NCBI GenBank assembly: GCA_041937175.2
Contig: CP166615.1
Coordinates: 1,824,001-1,888,000 of the forward strand
Direction: 5' to 3'
Length of the DNA stretch: 64,000 nucleotides
Source of the DNA: Limnothrix sp. BL-A-16
GTDB taxonomy: Bacteria > Cyanobacteriota > Cyanobacteriia > CACIAM-69d
Part shown: positions 25,414 through 35,283 of the stretch, piece by piece
Numbering within the stretch: position 1 is the first letter of the stretch
How the letters are laid out: every line of letters starts with the position of its first letter
Translations under genes and position numbers: made by a program
Notes under the pieces: model-generated
Told to the model about the DNA's origin: nothing
The model's database searches: none
What the model saw: the letters and a program-made list of their open reading frames with translations, nothing else

Positions 25414-26433
25414 ATGAGCCAAACCAGCAAAAAACGAGTTCTCTCCGGCGTACAACCCACCGGCAGCATCCACCTCGGTAACTATTTGGGCGCAATCCGT
25501 AATTGGGTCGTCGATCAACACCAGTACGACAACTTCTTCTGTGTGGTGGATTTGCACGCCATCACCGTGCCCCACAATCCGGCGGTGTTGGCCGCAGACA
25601 GCTTCAAGATTGCGGCCCTCTACCTGGCCTGTGGGATTGACCTCAGTTGCTCCACAATCTTCATCCAATCCCACGTGAGCGCCCACAGCGAATTGGCTTG
25701 GTTGCTGAATTGCGTCACGCCGCTGAATTGGCTGGAGCGGATGATTCAGTTTAAGGAAAAAGCCCTGAAACAAGGCGAAAACGTCAGCGTGGGTCTGCTG
25801 GACTATCCGGTGTTGATGGCGGCGGATATTTTGCTTTATGACGCGGATTTGGTGCCGGTGGGCGAAGACCAGAAGCAGCACTTGGAGTTAACCCGCGATG
25901 TGGCGATTCGGGTGAATCATCAATATGGCAGCGAGGAGCGGCCGATCTTGAAAGTGCCTGAACCCGCGATCCGCAAGGAAGGGGCCCGCGTGATGAGCCT
26001 GACGGACGGGACGAAGAAGATGTCGAAGTCGGATCCGACGGAGATGAGCCGGATTGAGCTACTGGACAGCCCCGACACGATCGCCAAGAAAATTAAGCGC
26101 TGCAAAACTGACCCCGAGCGCGGTTTGGAGTTTAATAACCCCGATCGCCCTGAGTGTCACAACCTGTTGGGTCTCTACCAAATTCTGTCGGGCAAATCCC
26201 GCGAAGAGGTGGCGGCGGAATGTGCCGACATGGGTTGGGGACAGTTCAAGCCCCTGCTGACGGAAACGACGATCGCGGCGCTGGAGCCAATTCAGCAAAA
26301 ATATAACGAGGTGATGGGCGATCGGGGCTATCTGGAATCTGTGTTGCGGGATGGTCGCGAAAAGGCGGCCGCCGTGGCCAATGCAACCTTGCTTCGGGTA
26401 AAGGATGCCTTGGGCTATTCACGACCGCTTTAG
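25414..26433 (+). CDS. trpS: Tryptophan--tRNA ligase
   Basis: HLGN (HIGH), YPVLMAADIL, VPVGEDQKQHLE, KMSKS. Confidence 0.98.
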   Translation: MSQTSKKRVLSGVQPTGSIHLGNYLGAIRNWVVDQHQYDNFFCVVDLHAITVPHNPAVLAADSFKIAALYLACGIDLSCSTIFIQSHVSAHSELAWLLNCVTPLNWLERMIQFKEKALKQGENVSVGLLDYPVLMAADILLYDADLVPVGEDQKQHLELTRDVAIRVNHQYGSEERPILKVPEPAIRKEGARVMSLTDGTKKMSKSDPTEMSRIELLDSPDTIAKKIKRCKTDPERGLEFNNPDRPECHNLLGLYQILSGKSREEVAAECADMGWGQFKPLLTETTIAALEPIQQKYNEVMGDRGYLESVLRDGREKAAAVANATLLRVKDALGYSRPL

Positions 26434-26510
26434 GGCCGATTCGAGGGTTAATCCACCGTTGACGTGCAATCGGCGCGGCCCCGGGATTTGAGACCATAAC
26501 CACCTGGACA

Positions 26511-27185
26511 ATGGAGACAACAACAGCGATGAAAGCCGTGGTGTTTGGTGCAACCGGTGAAACGGGCCGGCGAATTGTGCAAGCTTTGGTCGATCGCCAA
26601 GTGCCCGTGCGGGCCGTGGTACGCGATTTGGCGACCGCTCGCGCGATTTTGCCGGATTCGGTGGAAGTGGTGCAGGGCAATTTACTCGATCGCCGCTCGA
26701 TCGACTCCGCCTTAGCCAGTTGCACGGTGGTGTTGAGCGCGGCCGGAGCCAGGCCCAGCTTGGATCCAACGGGGCCCTTGCAGGTGGATTATCTGGGAAC
26801 CAAGAACTTAACCGATGCGGCCAAAGCGGCAGGCATTGAGCAGTTGGTGCTGGTCTCTTCCCTTTGTGTGTCCAAGCTGCTCCATCCGCTGAATTTGTTC
26901 TGGTTGATTCTGTTTTGGAAACAACAGGGTGAGCGCTACTTGCAAAACAGCGGTCTGACTTACACGATCGTGCGGCCCGGCGGCCTGAAAAACGAAGATC
27001 GGGACACCCCTGTGGTGATGAGCACCGCCGATACGCTCTTTGAAGGCTCAATTCCCCGATCGCAGGTGGCCAAGGTTTGTGTCGAAGCCTTGTGGGAACC
27101 GGCCGCCCGCAACAAAATTGTGGAAATCGTGGCGCGGGATGATGCCCCCGTGCAGCCTTGGTCAGCCCTTTTTGCCAGCGTTTAA
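26511..27185 (+). CDS. NAD(P)H-binding atypical SDR-family oxidoreductase
   Basis: VFGATGETG, VDYLGT, LVSSL, YTIVRPGGL. Confidence 0.9.
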   Translation: METTTAMKAVVFGATGETGRRIVQALVDRQVPVRAVVRDLATARAILPDSVEVVQGNLLDRRSIDSALASCTVVLSAAGARPSLDPTGPLQVDYLGTKNLTDAAKAAGIEQLVLVSSLCVSKLLHPLNLFWLILFWKQQGERYLQNSGLTYTIVRPGGLKNEDRDTPVVMSTADTLFEGSIPRSQVAKVCVEALWEPAARNKIVEIVARDDAPVQPWSALFASV

Positions 27186-27199
27186 GCGCGGTTCGATCG

Positions 27200-27496
27200 A
27201 TGTTTCCTAACTCATCCAATCCTAATCCCTTGGGGGGTTCTGGGTCGTCGCTGCCCGGTTCGTTGCCCGGATCCCCCACCGGAGAACCCGGCGGCGATCG
27301 CTACGGTACTGGGCTGGTGGCTCCCCAAAGTGTGGATGCGCGCACCAAAAAATTGATGCAGCGCACCTTCTTGATCTTGCTTTTGGCGGGCTTGGCGATC
27401 GGGGCAGTCATCTCCGTTGGGGTGGTGATCGCCTTCCAAAAATTTGGTCTAGTTGGCGTACCCACCCCCAGTACCCCGATCGCGCCAGGGAATTAA
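27200..27496 (+). CDS. Small hypothetical membrane protein
   Basis: One long hydrophobic helix, Gly/Pro-rich N-terminus; directly follows the SDR gene. Confidence 0.6.
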   Translation: MFPNSSNPNPLGGSGSSLPGSLPGSPTGEPGGDRYGTGLVAPQSVDARTKKLMQRTFLILLLAGLAIGAVISVGVVIAFQKFGLVGVPTPSTPIAPGN

Positions 27497-27521
27497 CCGC
27501 AAACTGGCACGCAACAAGTCG

Positions 27522-28052
27522 TTAGGATTGGCGCACCACCGCCCCTCGCACACATAACCCCAACAAGCTGCCACTCAACAGCAGCTTCAGGGTTTCCAGC
27601 CCAAAGTAGCCCCCATGCCAAAGGGTCATGGCCGCCGGAACCGAGGGCGCAGTGCTAGCCCAAGACAGGGAAGCCCCTAGCCCCGCCATGGTTGGTGCGA
27701 GCCAATAGGTTTGCGCCAACATAATGGCCATCAGCACCGCCGCGATCGCCACCACCCACCGCTCGCTGAGGCGGCTCACTTCGTGGCGATATCCCAACGC
27801 CAGCGCACCGGCCATCACCACCCCAGCGACCAACAGCCCCACATGGTTGAAGCCATTGAGCAATAACCAGCCCACGGGCGCAAAGTCGGGACGCTCCATC
27901 ATGCCGCCCATGTAGAGGGCCGGCATAGCTGCCAGGTCGATCGCCAAGGTGGCCCCAACCCACAACAAAAGGGCAATCTCAACGGTCATTTTCCAAGCCG
28001 ATTGCCCCAAACCGAGAGCGCGGCTGAGACTGGCTTTAAATTCAGAACTCAT
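27522..28052 (-). CDS. DUF4149-like membrane protein
   Basis: Four hydrophobic segments; MPALYMGGMM, TYWLAPTM, MTLWHGGYFGLETLKL. Confidence 0.7.
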   Translation of the reverse strand: MSSEFKASLSRALGLGQSAWKMTVEIALLLWVGATLAIDLAAMPALYMGGMMERPDFAPVGWLLLNGFNHVGLLVAGVVMAGALALGYRHEVSRLSERWVVAIAAVLMAIMLAQTYWLAPTMAGLGASLSWASTAPSVPAAMTLWHGGYFGLETLKLLLSGSLLGLCVRGAVVRQS

Positions 28053-28180
28053 GCGCGATCGCCTCCTAAATTCCAATTTCTAGCCTAGGAAACTTCCGCG
28101 ATCCGCGATCGCCTTTGTTGGGTTTATTCATGATTTGCACATGAACCGTAATACCGTTGATTAACCCTAACTGCCCTAAG

Positions 28181-28249
28181 CAAGGGGCTTAAGCCCCTTG
28201 TCCCCCACGATCCGCTAACGGCAGATCTAGGGTTTTGGGCTAAACGACA
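28181..28249. repeat. Truncated MITE family B remnant (palindrome plus right arm)
   Basis: CAAGGGGCTTAAGCCCCTTG followed by TCCCCCACGATCCGCTAACGGCAGA, identical to the segment after the core in 11331-11477; left arm missing. Confidence 0.75.
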
Positions 28250-28250
28250 A

Positions 28251-29936
28251 TCAGCCCGGCCCGGCCGGACGATCGAGGACTTGAATAGCCCAGGTGTTAT
28301 TAAAGGGTTCGATCGCCTGGATTTGGTAGCGGGGATTGGTTTTGAGTTGATCGAGCCATTCTGTTTTGGGCCGATAGGCGATCGCCCGCTGGATGGTCTC
28401 GGGGAGGGGCAAATCGGGTTCCTCTAGATAAATCAGTTGAGCTTGGGACGGCAGGCGACGGGCTAAGGTGAGCAACCGCAGGGCATTGCCGCTGATCACC
28501 ACGGGGGGCTGAAGCTCGCTCACCCGCTGGGCGATCGCCGGATCGTCGTAACTGCTGTATTTGTTCCACCAGGTGGGAGCCATCACGCCTTGGCTGCTGG
28601 ACCACAGCCCCACCACCCACAACAGGGCGATCGCCCCCGCAACCCAAGGCCGCCGCCGCTGGTTAGCCCAAGCCTCGCTGAGACCAAAGGCCAGCAACCA
28701 AGTGAGGGCCAAGTAGGCCGGGAGGAAATAGCGGGCAATGGTCGATCGCTGGCCCCCATCCACCGCATCCAACAGGGCAAAGGGCAGGGCGATCGCGCCG
28801 GTCAACAGGGGAAACAGCCAAATGTCCGGCGGCGCAACCCGCAGCAACCGCCGAATGCTGAGCGCAACCAGCGCCAGCAACAACCCGATCGGGAGCCAAT
28901 GCCAGGACAGGGCGATCGGGTCGGTTTCTTGGGTGATGTCAAACAGGGGCCGATCAAAACAGGCTTGCCAATCCAGGGCGATCGCGCTGAAATTTAGGCC
29001 CCAACGCTGCACCAAGGTTCCCCAAGTCAGCTCCCGATCGATCCAACCCATGGGTTTTCGATAGGTCAGCCAACAAACTAGCCAAGGACTAAACAGCACC
29101 AACGCCCCCAGCAGGGAACCACCCCAGGCCAACAGGTTATGGCGCAAGGCATTCCAACCCCGGTGCGATTGCTCCAGCCACCCCCGCAGGGCCACGTAGG
29201 CTCCTTGGGCAGCAATTCCGAGGGCCAAGGGTAAATGGCCATAGAAATTGCAGGCCACCAAAACTCCGTAGGTCATCCAGGCCGATCGGGTGGGTTTGCC
29301 CAAGCGATCGAGCCGCAGAGCGCGCAACAGGGCCCAACTGGCCAACAAAAACAACACCACCGCCAAACTGTAGCCCCGAGCTTCGCGGGCATAGACCACT
29401 TGGATCGGGGAAACGGCCATTAACCCGATCGCCAAACCAATCACCGATCGCGCCCTGGGCCAATCGGCTAACCAAGCCCGCCCAAACAGACTCAAAGCCG
29501 GAAACACCAGCAAACTCACCAGGGCAGAAAAGGCCCGAATCGCCGTTACCGAGTCCCCCGCCAAATGAGTCCAGCCCCGCAGCAACAGGTAATAGAGCGG
29601 CACTTGGTCGGGGGTTTCGGTGGCCAAGCTGTGGAGCGTCGCGAGCCAAGGCCGATCGCCCGATCGCTGCAAGGGAGCCAAATCAGCGGGGAAAACGGGC
29701 CGCCCCTGGGGCTGGAAAAAGTCCTCCACTTGCTCCTTGGTGTAGCCAGCAATGCGCACGGAGGTGATGGTTTCGTCGTACCAATAAACAGCACGATCGA
29801 GGGCCGAAAATCGCAACAGCACCGCCACCACCAGGACAAACCCAATCACCCAACCCGCTCGGCCTGGCCCAGATCCGCCATGCCAAAAACCGCCTAAATT
29901 CCCAAGTCGGCTCGATCGCTTCGGGGGATTGTTCAT
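28251..29936 (-). CDS. GT-C fold membrane glycosyltransferase (ArnT/PMT, GT39/83-like)
   Basis: YWYDE, PLYYLLLRGW, VSP..YAREARGYSL; many transmembrane helices. Confidence 0.88.
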   Translation of the reverse strand: MNNPPKRSSRLGNLGGFWHGGSGPGRAGWVIGFVLVVAVLLRFSALDRAVYWYDETITSVRIAGYTKEQVEDFFQPQGRPVFPADLAPLQRSGDRPWLATLHSLATETPDQVPLYYLLLRGWTHLAGDSVTAIRAFSALVSLLVFPALSLFGRAWLADWPRARSVIGLAIGLMAVSPIQVVYAREARGYSLAVVLFLLASWALLRALRLDRLGKPTRSAWMTYGVLVACNFYGHLPLALGIAAQGAYVALRGWLEQSHRGWNALRHNLLAWGGSLLGALVLFSPWLVCWLTYRKPMGWIDRELTWGTLVQRWGLNFSAIALDWQACFDRPLFDITQETDPIALSWHWLPIGLLLALVALSIRRLLRVAPPDIWLFPLLTGAIALPFALLDAVDGGQRSTIARYFLPAYLALTWLLAFGLSEAWANQRRRPWVAGAIALLWVVGLWSSSQGVMAPTWWNKYSSYDDPAIAQRVSELQPPVVISGNALRLLTLARRLPSQAQLIYLEEPDLPLPETIQRAIAYRPKTEWLDQLKTNPRYQIQAIEPFNNTWAIQVLDRPAGPG

Positions 29937-31072
29937 GGTTTCACGTCCCGATCGTGGGCAATCTCAGCGGTGGCATTTGGCCAATGATCTGGCAAATGAT
30001 CTAAATCATCGGGAACATCATCCGCTGGCAATCTCAACGCATCCTCTGGGTCATCATCCATGAACCGATCCTCCTCAACGGCCGACCAATCGGCCGGGGG
30101 CCAATGGAGCGCCAAATAGGGTACATCCCAGGAATCTTGGCGCGATCGCCCAGCGGCAAAGTTGCGCCCCGTCTCCGCACCGGGGTAGGGCAAATGTCCC
30201 ACCGGGGCCGATAGGTCAAAAATGAGGGAATCGTAGGGAATCAGTTCCACTTCCCGATCGGGCGCAGTGCCCCGAAACCGTTGCCACCAAAGGGCCAGTC
30301 GTTGCCAATCGTCCTGAGCGGCCGCATCGGGATCAAATAGGGTCACCTGCCAGCCCACATAGTCCGCCAACTGCTGATAAACCTCTGGATCCCACTCTCC
30401 CGGCTGCCCGCCCAATTCCGTCCACAGGGCCGCTTGGATGCTCCAGCCAAATTGCCCGCGACTGTAGGTCACCCACAGCTCATCAATTTGTTGCAATTCC
30501 GCCGTGGGTAATTCTAAAAACGAGCACTGGGCGGCAAAGTAACGCACCAGCCGATCGGTTTCCCGATCGGCCGATCGCCAATCCCCCGCTTTCAGGGCTT
30601 CAAACAAATCCTGATACAAATCCTGGCGCGCAAACCCGCCCCTTGCTTCCGCACAAACCCGATGGGCTTCTCCTCGGCGGGCAATGTCTTCGTAAATGAG
30701 CAGGCCATCCCGTTCAACCTTGTGGATCCAGTCCTCACAGCCCGTTAGCTCCGGTGCAAAGGCATGACCACAAAATTTACAAGCCTGGTGATCTAGGGGC
30801 GCACCACAATTGGGGCAATGTTCCAAGGAGGCATCCAGGGCCAAGGCTCCACAACTGCCACAGGGGCGCGGGGCTAATTGCACCTGGGCCAAACAGTCTT
30901 CATGAAAAAAACGCTGCAACTGGGGTAAATAGACCACCGCTGAGGGAGCGATCGGCTGCTGACAAACCGCACAGGGCAATCCTAAATAGTCGATCGCCCC
31001 GCAATGGGGACAGGCCGCCGCCCCCAAGGGCACCGCTCCGCCACAGTCCAGGCAGGTGGATAACTCAGCCAT
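29933..31072 (-). CDS. GUN4-domain protein with N-terminal zinc-ribbon cluster and acidic tail
   Basis: Six CxxC and two HxxC; LKAGDWRSADRET, IDELWVTYSRGQFGWSIQ, VGW, APVGHLP GUN4 motifs; start ATG 31072. Confidence 0.82.
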   Translation of the reverse strand: MAELSTCLDCGGAVPLGAAACPHCGAIDYLGLPCAVCQQPIAPSAVVYLPQLQRFFHEDCLAQVQLAPRPCGSCGALALDASLEHCPNCGAPLDHQACKFCGHAFAPELTGCEDWIHKVERDGLLIYEDIARRGEAHRVCAEARGGFARQDLYQDLFEALKAGDWRSADRETDRLVRYFAAQCSFLELPTAELQQIDELWVTYSRGQFGWSIQAALWTELGGQPGEWDPEVYQQLADYVGWQVTLFDPDAAAQDDWQRLALWWQRFRGTAPDREVELIPYDSLIFDLSAPVGHLPYPGAETGRNFAAGRSRQDSWDVPYLALHWPPADWSAVEEDRFMDDDPEDALRLPADDVPDDLDHLPDHWPNATAEIAHDRDVKP

Positions 31073-31474
31073 GCATTCTCCTGCGTTGCTCAACCCTGGG
31101 CGATCGCTCCAGTTATGCAAGATTTTGCAACCATCGGGGGCGATCGGCGTTTGTCTGTGGGCTATTTTGCCTGATTTTCTGGTTCTCATTTCCTAGCGCT
31201 CAGCGGTTGATGAACCCTTCAGGCCATTGCCTGAGCTGCTGAGATTAATCAACCGTTGGGATCACGGGTTGATGGCAGCCCTATTCAGGATCAATGCAGC
31301 ACCAACTCAGTACCAATTCAGTTCAGTACCAATCCAGTGCCGAAGGTTGAAGGGTTGCAGCCAAGATCACTCGCTTCGGCGGTCGGGGTTGCGGTGTAGT
31401 ATGTTCGTTGCGACATCCGGCCCGTTTCGGGGGTCGTTGGTTCAGCCGATCGGCGACGCGCAATCCTGAGGCCT

Positions 31475-32890
31475 ATGCAACGCCAAAAATTTACCCTTGG
31501 TTTCATTGTGGTACTGACAATTGCGGCGATCGCCGTGATTGTTAACCTGCCCGTGCAGTTGGGGCTTGACCTACGCGGTGGTTCCCAACTGACACTCCAG
31601 GTCATGACCACGCCGGAAATTCCCCAGGTCACGCCCGAAGACCTCTCGGCCGTCCGCAAAGTTATTGATAACCGGATTAATGAGTTGGGGGTTTCCGAAG
31701 CCCTGGTGCAAACGTCCGGCAGCGATAAGCTGGTGGTGCAACTGCCGGGGGTCAGCGACCCGGAACAGGCGGAGCGGGTTTTGGGCAACACAGCGCGGCT
31801 GGAGTTTCGGGAGCAAAAACCGGGAACCGAGGCCCAATACCAAGCGGAACGGCAAGTTTACGACGAGCTGAAGGCAAAACGGGCCGCGCTGATTCAGGCA
31901 GGAGACAAGGCCGCGATCGACGAAAATCAGCGGGCGATCGAACGCAGCCAGGAAGCCATTAGCCAACTGTTTGAAAAAGCAGTGCTCACGGGCCAAGACC
32001 TCCGAGAAGCAGGAGCCGCCCCGGATGGTGGCTTGGGTAACTCTTGGGTGGTGATTATTCGCTTTTCGGCCGATGCAGCCGATCGCTATGCGGAGCTGAC
32101 CAAAAAACTGGCGGGTACGGGCCGCGGCTTGGGTATTTTTCTCGATCGGGACTTGTTAACCGCGCCCGTGGTGGGGCCGGAATATGCCCAATTGGGAATT
32201 ACGGGCGGCAGCACCGAAATTCGCGGTAACTTCACCGCTGACTCTTCCCAAGAATTGGTGATTCAACTGAAGGGTGGAGCCTTGCCCCTGCCCGTGAAAC
32301 TGGTGGAAACCCGCACCGTAGGTGCAACCCTGGGTCGCGACAGTGTGGAAAGCAGCATTGCGGCCGGTGTGGGTGGCTTGGTGTTAGTGCTGATTTTTAT
32401 GGCTATCTACTATCGCCTGCCCGGTGTGGTGGCGGACTTGGCCTTGATGATCTACGCCCTGTTGAACTTTGCGGTATTTGCTTTGGTGCCCGTCACCCTC
32501 TCGTTACCAGGGATTGCGGGTTTCATTCTCAGCATCGGGATGGCGGTGGATGCCAATGTGCTGATCTTTGAGCGGACGCGCGAGGAATTGCAAGCGGGCA
32601 AGAGTCTTTATCGATCGGTTGAATCGGGTTTCTATCGGGCGTTTTCCAGCATTTTGGATGGTAACGTCACCACCCTGATTGCCTGTGTGGTGCTGTTTTG
32701 GTTGGGCACAGGCCTGGTGAAGGGGTTTGCCCTCACCCTGGCAATCGGGGTGTTGTTGAGCATGTTCACCGCCCTCACCTGTAGCCGTACCCTATTGTTT
32801 GTGGCTCTCAGTGTTCCCTCCCTGCGCCGTCCTGAGTGGTATTGCCCCGGTTTAAAGGCCAATCTGAAAACGGCTGGCTCGGGCAACTAG
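31475..32890 (+). CDS. secD: Protein translocase subunit SecD
   Basis: LGLDLRGG, VGATLG, LPGIAGFILSIGMAVDANVLIFER. Confidence 0.97.
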   Translation: MQRQKFTLGFIVVLTIAAIAVIVNLPVQLGLDLRGGSQLTLQVMTTPEIPQVTPEDLSAVRKVIDNRINELGVSEALVQTSGSDKLVVQLPGVSDPEQAERVLGNTARLEFREQKPGTEAQYQAERQVYDELKAKRAALIQAGDKAAIDENQRAIERSQEAISQLFEKAVLTGQDLREAGAAPDGGLGNSWVVIIRFSADAADRYAELTKKLAGTGRGLGIFLDRDLLTAPVVGPEYAQLGITGGSTEIRGNFTADSSQELVIQLKGGALPLPVKLVETRTVGATLGRDSVESSIAAGVGGLVLVLIFMAIYYRLPGVVADLALMIYALLNFAVFALVPVTLSLPGIAGFILSIGMAVDANVLIFERTREELQAGKSLYRSVESGFYRAFSSILDGNVTTLIACVVLFWLGTGLVKGFALTLAIGVLLSMFTALTCSRTLLFVALSVPSLRRPEWYCPGLKANLKTAGSGN

Positions 32891-32938
32891 CACCCCCCTT
32901 CGCCCCATTCCACCTGCTCTCCTGAATCAGCAAGCGCG

Positions 32939-33934
32939 ATGAACCTGAAGATTATTGAAAAAAGTCGGTTGTGGTGGTCGCTGTCTCTGGCTCTGACCGT
33001 TGCCGGGGCGATCGCCGTGATTGGTTGCATGGTCACCTTTGGCACGCCCCTGAAGTTGGGACTGGACTTTGTGGGGGGAACTCGCCTGCAACTGCAATTG
33101 GACTGCCCAGCCACCGGGGCCCAACCCCAATGCCAAAAACCTGTAGAGCTGGCCGATGTGCGGGCCGTTTTGAATGCACAGGACTTGAGCGGAGCGGCTG
33201 TCCAGTTGTTGGATGTGGACTCCAAGGCCCAAGACCGACACATCATCGCCATTCGATCGCAGGACTTATCAGCCGAAAAGCGCAGCGCCTTGGTGACCGC
33301 CCTAGAAGCCAAATTGGGCAAGTTTGATGCCAAGGGAACGCTGATTGATACGGTGGGGCCCGTGCTGGGGCAGCAGGTGCTGAACTCCGGGGTGATGGCC
33401 GTGTTGCTGTCCCTGTTGGGTATTGTGATCTATCTGCGATTTCGCTTCCAGTGGGACTACGCTATTTTTGCGGTGGTGGCCCTGATTCACGACGTACTGA
33501 TTACGGTCGGGGCATTTGCGGCCATGGGCTGGTTTGGCGGCACGGAAATTGACACGCTGTTTATTGTGGCCCTGCTGACGATCATCGGCTTTTCCGTGAA
33601 TGACACCGTGGTGATTTACGATCGGGTGCGGGAAAACATTGCCCAAAATCCCACCGCCCCGATCGATACAGTAGTGAACGAGGCGGTGAATCAAACCCTG
33701 ACCCGATCGCTCAACACCACCGCCAGCACCTTGCTTTCGGTTGTGGCAATTTTCCTGTTTGGGGGTTCCACCCTGCGGGACTTTTCGCTAGCCCTGATCA
33801 TTGGGTTCATCTCTGGGGCCTACTCCAGTATTTTCATCGCCAGTACCCTCCTGGCCTGGTGGCGATCGCGCCCGGGCTATGTGCCTCCCAAACCCGCTAC
33901 GGAAACCGAAACCAAGCTCCAAGACTCTATTTAG
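32939..33934 (+). CDS. secF: Protein translocase subunit SecF
   Basis: LGLDFVGG, VGP, ALIHD, GFSVNDTVVIYDRVRE, GAYSSIFIA. Confidence 0.97.
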   Translation: MNLKIIEKSRLWWSLSLALTVAGAIAVIGCMVTFGTPLKLGLDFVGGTRLQLQLDCPATGAQPQCQKPVELADVRAVLNAQDLSGAAVQLLDVDSKAQDRHIIAIRSQDLSAEKRSALVTALEAKLGKFDAKGTLIDTVGPVLGQQVLNSGVMAVLLSLLGIVIYLRFRFQWDYAIFAVVALIHDVLITVGAFAAMGWFGGTEIDTLFIVALLTIIGFSVNDTVVIYDRVRENIAQNPTAPIDTVVNEAVNQTLTRSLNTTASTLLSVVAIFLFGGSTLRDFSLALIIGFISGAYSSIFIASTLLAWWRSRPGYVPPKPATETETKLQDSI

Positions 33935-34113
33935 CCATCCCCTTCTTTGCTGAATCGGTTGGCTGAGCTGGTTTACCGAACAGGTCTACTGAACAGGTTT
34001 GCTGGGTTCATACAACTTTGCCGTTGCTGAGCGTCTTGATGCAAGTTTCTTGCTCGACCCCAAAGACCTCCCCATCGGTCGTTTGTCTCTTTTTCTTCGC
34101 CCCTTGCCCAAGC

Positions 34114-34395
34114 GTGCCTGCTCCTTCTTCCTCTCGCTTGCCCAGTCGATCGCGCTGGTTGCTGCTCGTCCTCTGTTGGGGCACGATCGGCCTAGCTAGT
34201 CTCTGGGCAATGCGCGAAGAGTTTGACCTTTGGCGCACCTATTTCACCTGGGCAGCGGTGCGCTATGCCATTTTTTTCAACCGCTGGCCGGTTTTTGGCC
34301 TGTCCCTTTGCCTAGGGCTAACGGTCACCACACTGATCGATTACGGCCGCCATTATTTCTGTGGTCAGCAGCCCGATCGCCCGCGTAAACCCTAA
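34114..34395 (+). CDS. Small conserved-type cyanobacterial membrane protein (start uncertain, 34018-34114)
   Basis: RW.LLV..W..G..SLW..R.E..LWRTYFTWAAVRY; two hydrophobic helices. Confidence 0.55.
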   Translation: MPAPSSSRLPSRSRWLLLVLCWGTIGLASLWAMREEFDLWRTYFTWAAVRYAIFFNRWPVFGLSLCLGLTVTTLIDYGRHYFCGQQPDRPRKP

Positions 34396-34603
34396 ATGGG
34401 TCACAGGTGTAAGCACTTTTACGCCCCCCAGACCTAGGCATTTTCAAAACCGCGATCGCAAGTTGACTGTCGAGGAAAGTTGATAATAATAAAGAGTGAA
34501 TTGCAGTGAGCGATCGCTCCTCTTGCTAATCGGGTTTAAGCAATTAGGCCAACGGCTCGATCGCCCCAATGGTTACTGATGCCGTTTACCAAGGAACTAC
34601 GCC

Positions 34604-34891
34604 ATGTCCGTTGAAATCATAGAAAAGAAGTCAGCCGCCACCATCCGTAAGCCAGCACCTCGCTACAAAGTGTTGCTGCATAACGATGACTTTAATTCCA
34701 TGGAATACGTGGTGGAAACGCTGTTACAAACCGTTAGCAGCCTCACCCAACCCCAAGCAGTCAATATTATGATGGAAGCCCATTTTAACGGCTTGGCTTT
34801 GGTGATTACCTGTGCCCAGGAACATGCGGAATTTTATTGCGAAACCCTCAAAAACAAAGGGCTAACCAGCACGATCGAGCCAGACGAATAG
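34604..34891 (+). CDS. clpS: ATP-dependent Clp protease adapter ClpS
   Basis: YKVLLHNDDFNSMEYVV, MMEAH, EHAEFY; AAGGA RBS. Confidence 0.96.
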   Translation: MSVEIIEKKSAATIRKPAPRYKVLLHNDDFNSMEYVVETLLQTVSSLTQPQAVNIMMEAHFNGLALVITCAQEHAEFYCETLKNKGLTSTIEPDE

Positions 34892-34909
34892 GAACCAATT
34901 CATCAGTTG

Positions 34910-35250
34910 TTTTGAGCGATTCTAAGGAACCAAAGACAAGGGGCTTAAGCCCCTTGCTCCCACCACTAATGGTGCTTTGCCACGAATGGTACTTTGCCAG
35001 TACCCCAAGTTTCTGAGCGATTCTACGAACGCTAAAGACAAGGGGCTTAAGCCCCTTGCCCCCACCACTAATGGTGCTTGGGAAGTACCCCAAGTTAAGT
35101 GCCCCAAGTTACTGCTCAGAGGATGTCTGAAAAGCCAGAATTGCTACTCTGTCCGCTCCAGTGATCGACGTAGACAAGGGGCTTAAGCCCCTTGCTCCCA
35201 CCATTAATGGTGCTTGGGAAGTGCCCCAAGTTACTGCTCAGACATCTTCT
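34910..35250. repeat. Three-unit tandem array of REP-like multi-hairpin units; the last unit lies within a 133-bp TIR-bounded element (35118-35250, MITE family C)
   Basis: CAAGGGGCTTAAGCCCCTTG at 34937, 35039 and 35175, each followed by CACCA-YTAA-TGGTG; AGAGGATGTCTGA / TCAGACATCTTCT TIRs. Confidence 0.8.
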
Positions 35251-35283
35251 CGATCAGTTAGTGTCAGTTAGTGGTTGGTTGCC

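Noticed and set aside
26419..27279. 286-aa minus-strand ORF
   Set aside because: Fully overlaps the well-supported SDR gene; Pro/Arg-rich, non-protein-like composition
34848..35186. Short ORFs with repeated GLKPL/RGLSPL peptides (also near 6791 and 57612)
   Set aside because: Translations of the DNA palindrome repeat; no evidence of coding
34910..35250. Possible CRISPR array (three ~45-bp palindromic repeats)
   Set aside because: Intervening sequences differ greatly in length and are homologous to each other, the repeat is dispersed elsewhere inside MITEs, and no cas genes are present
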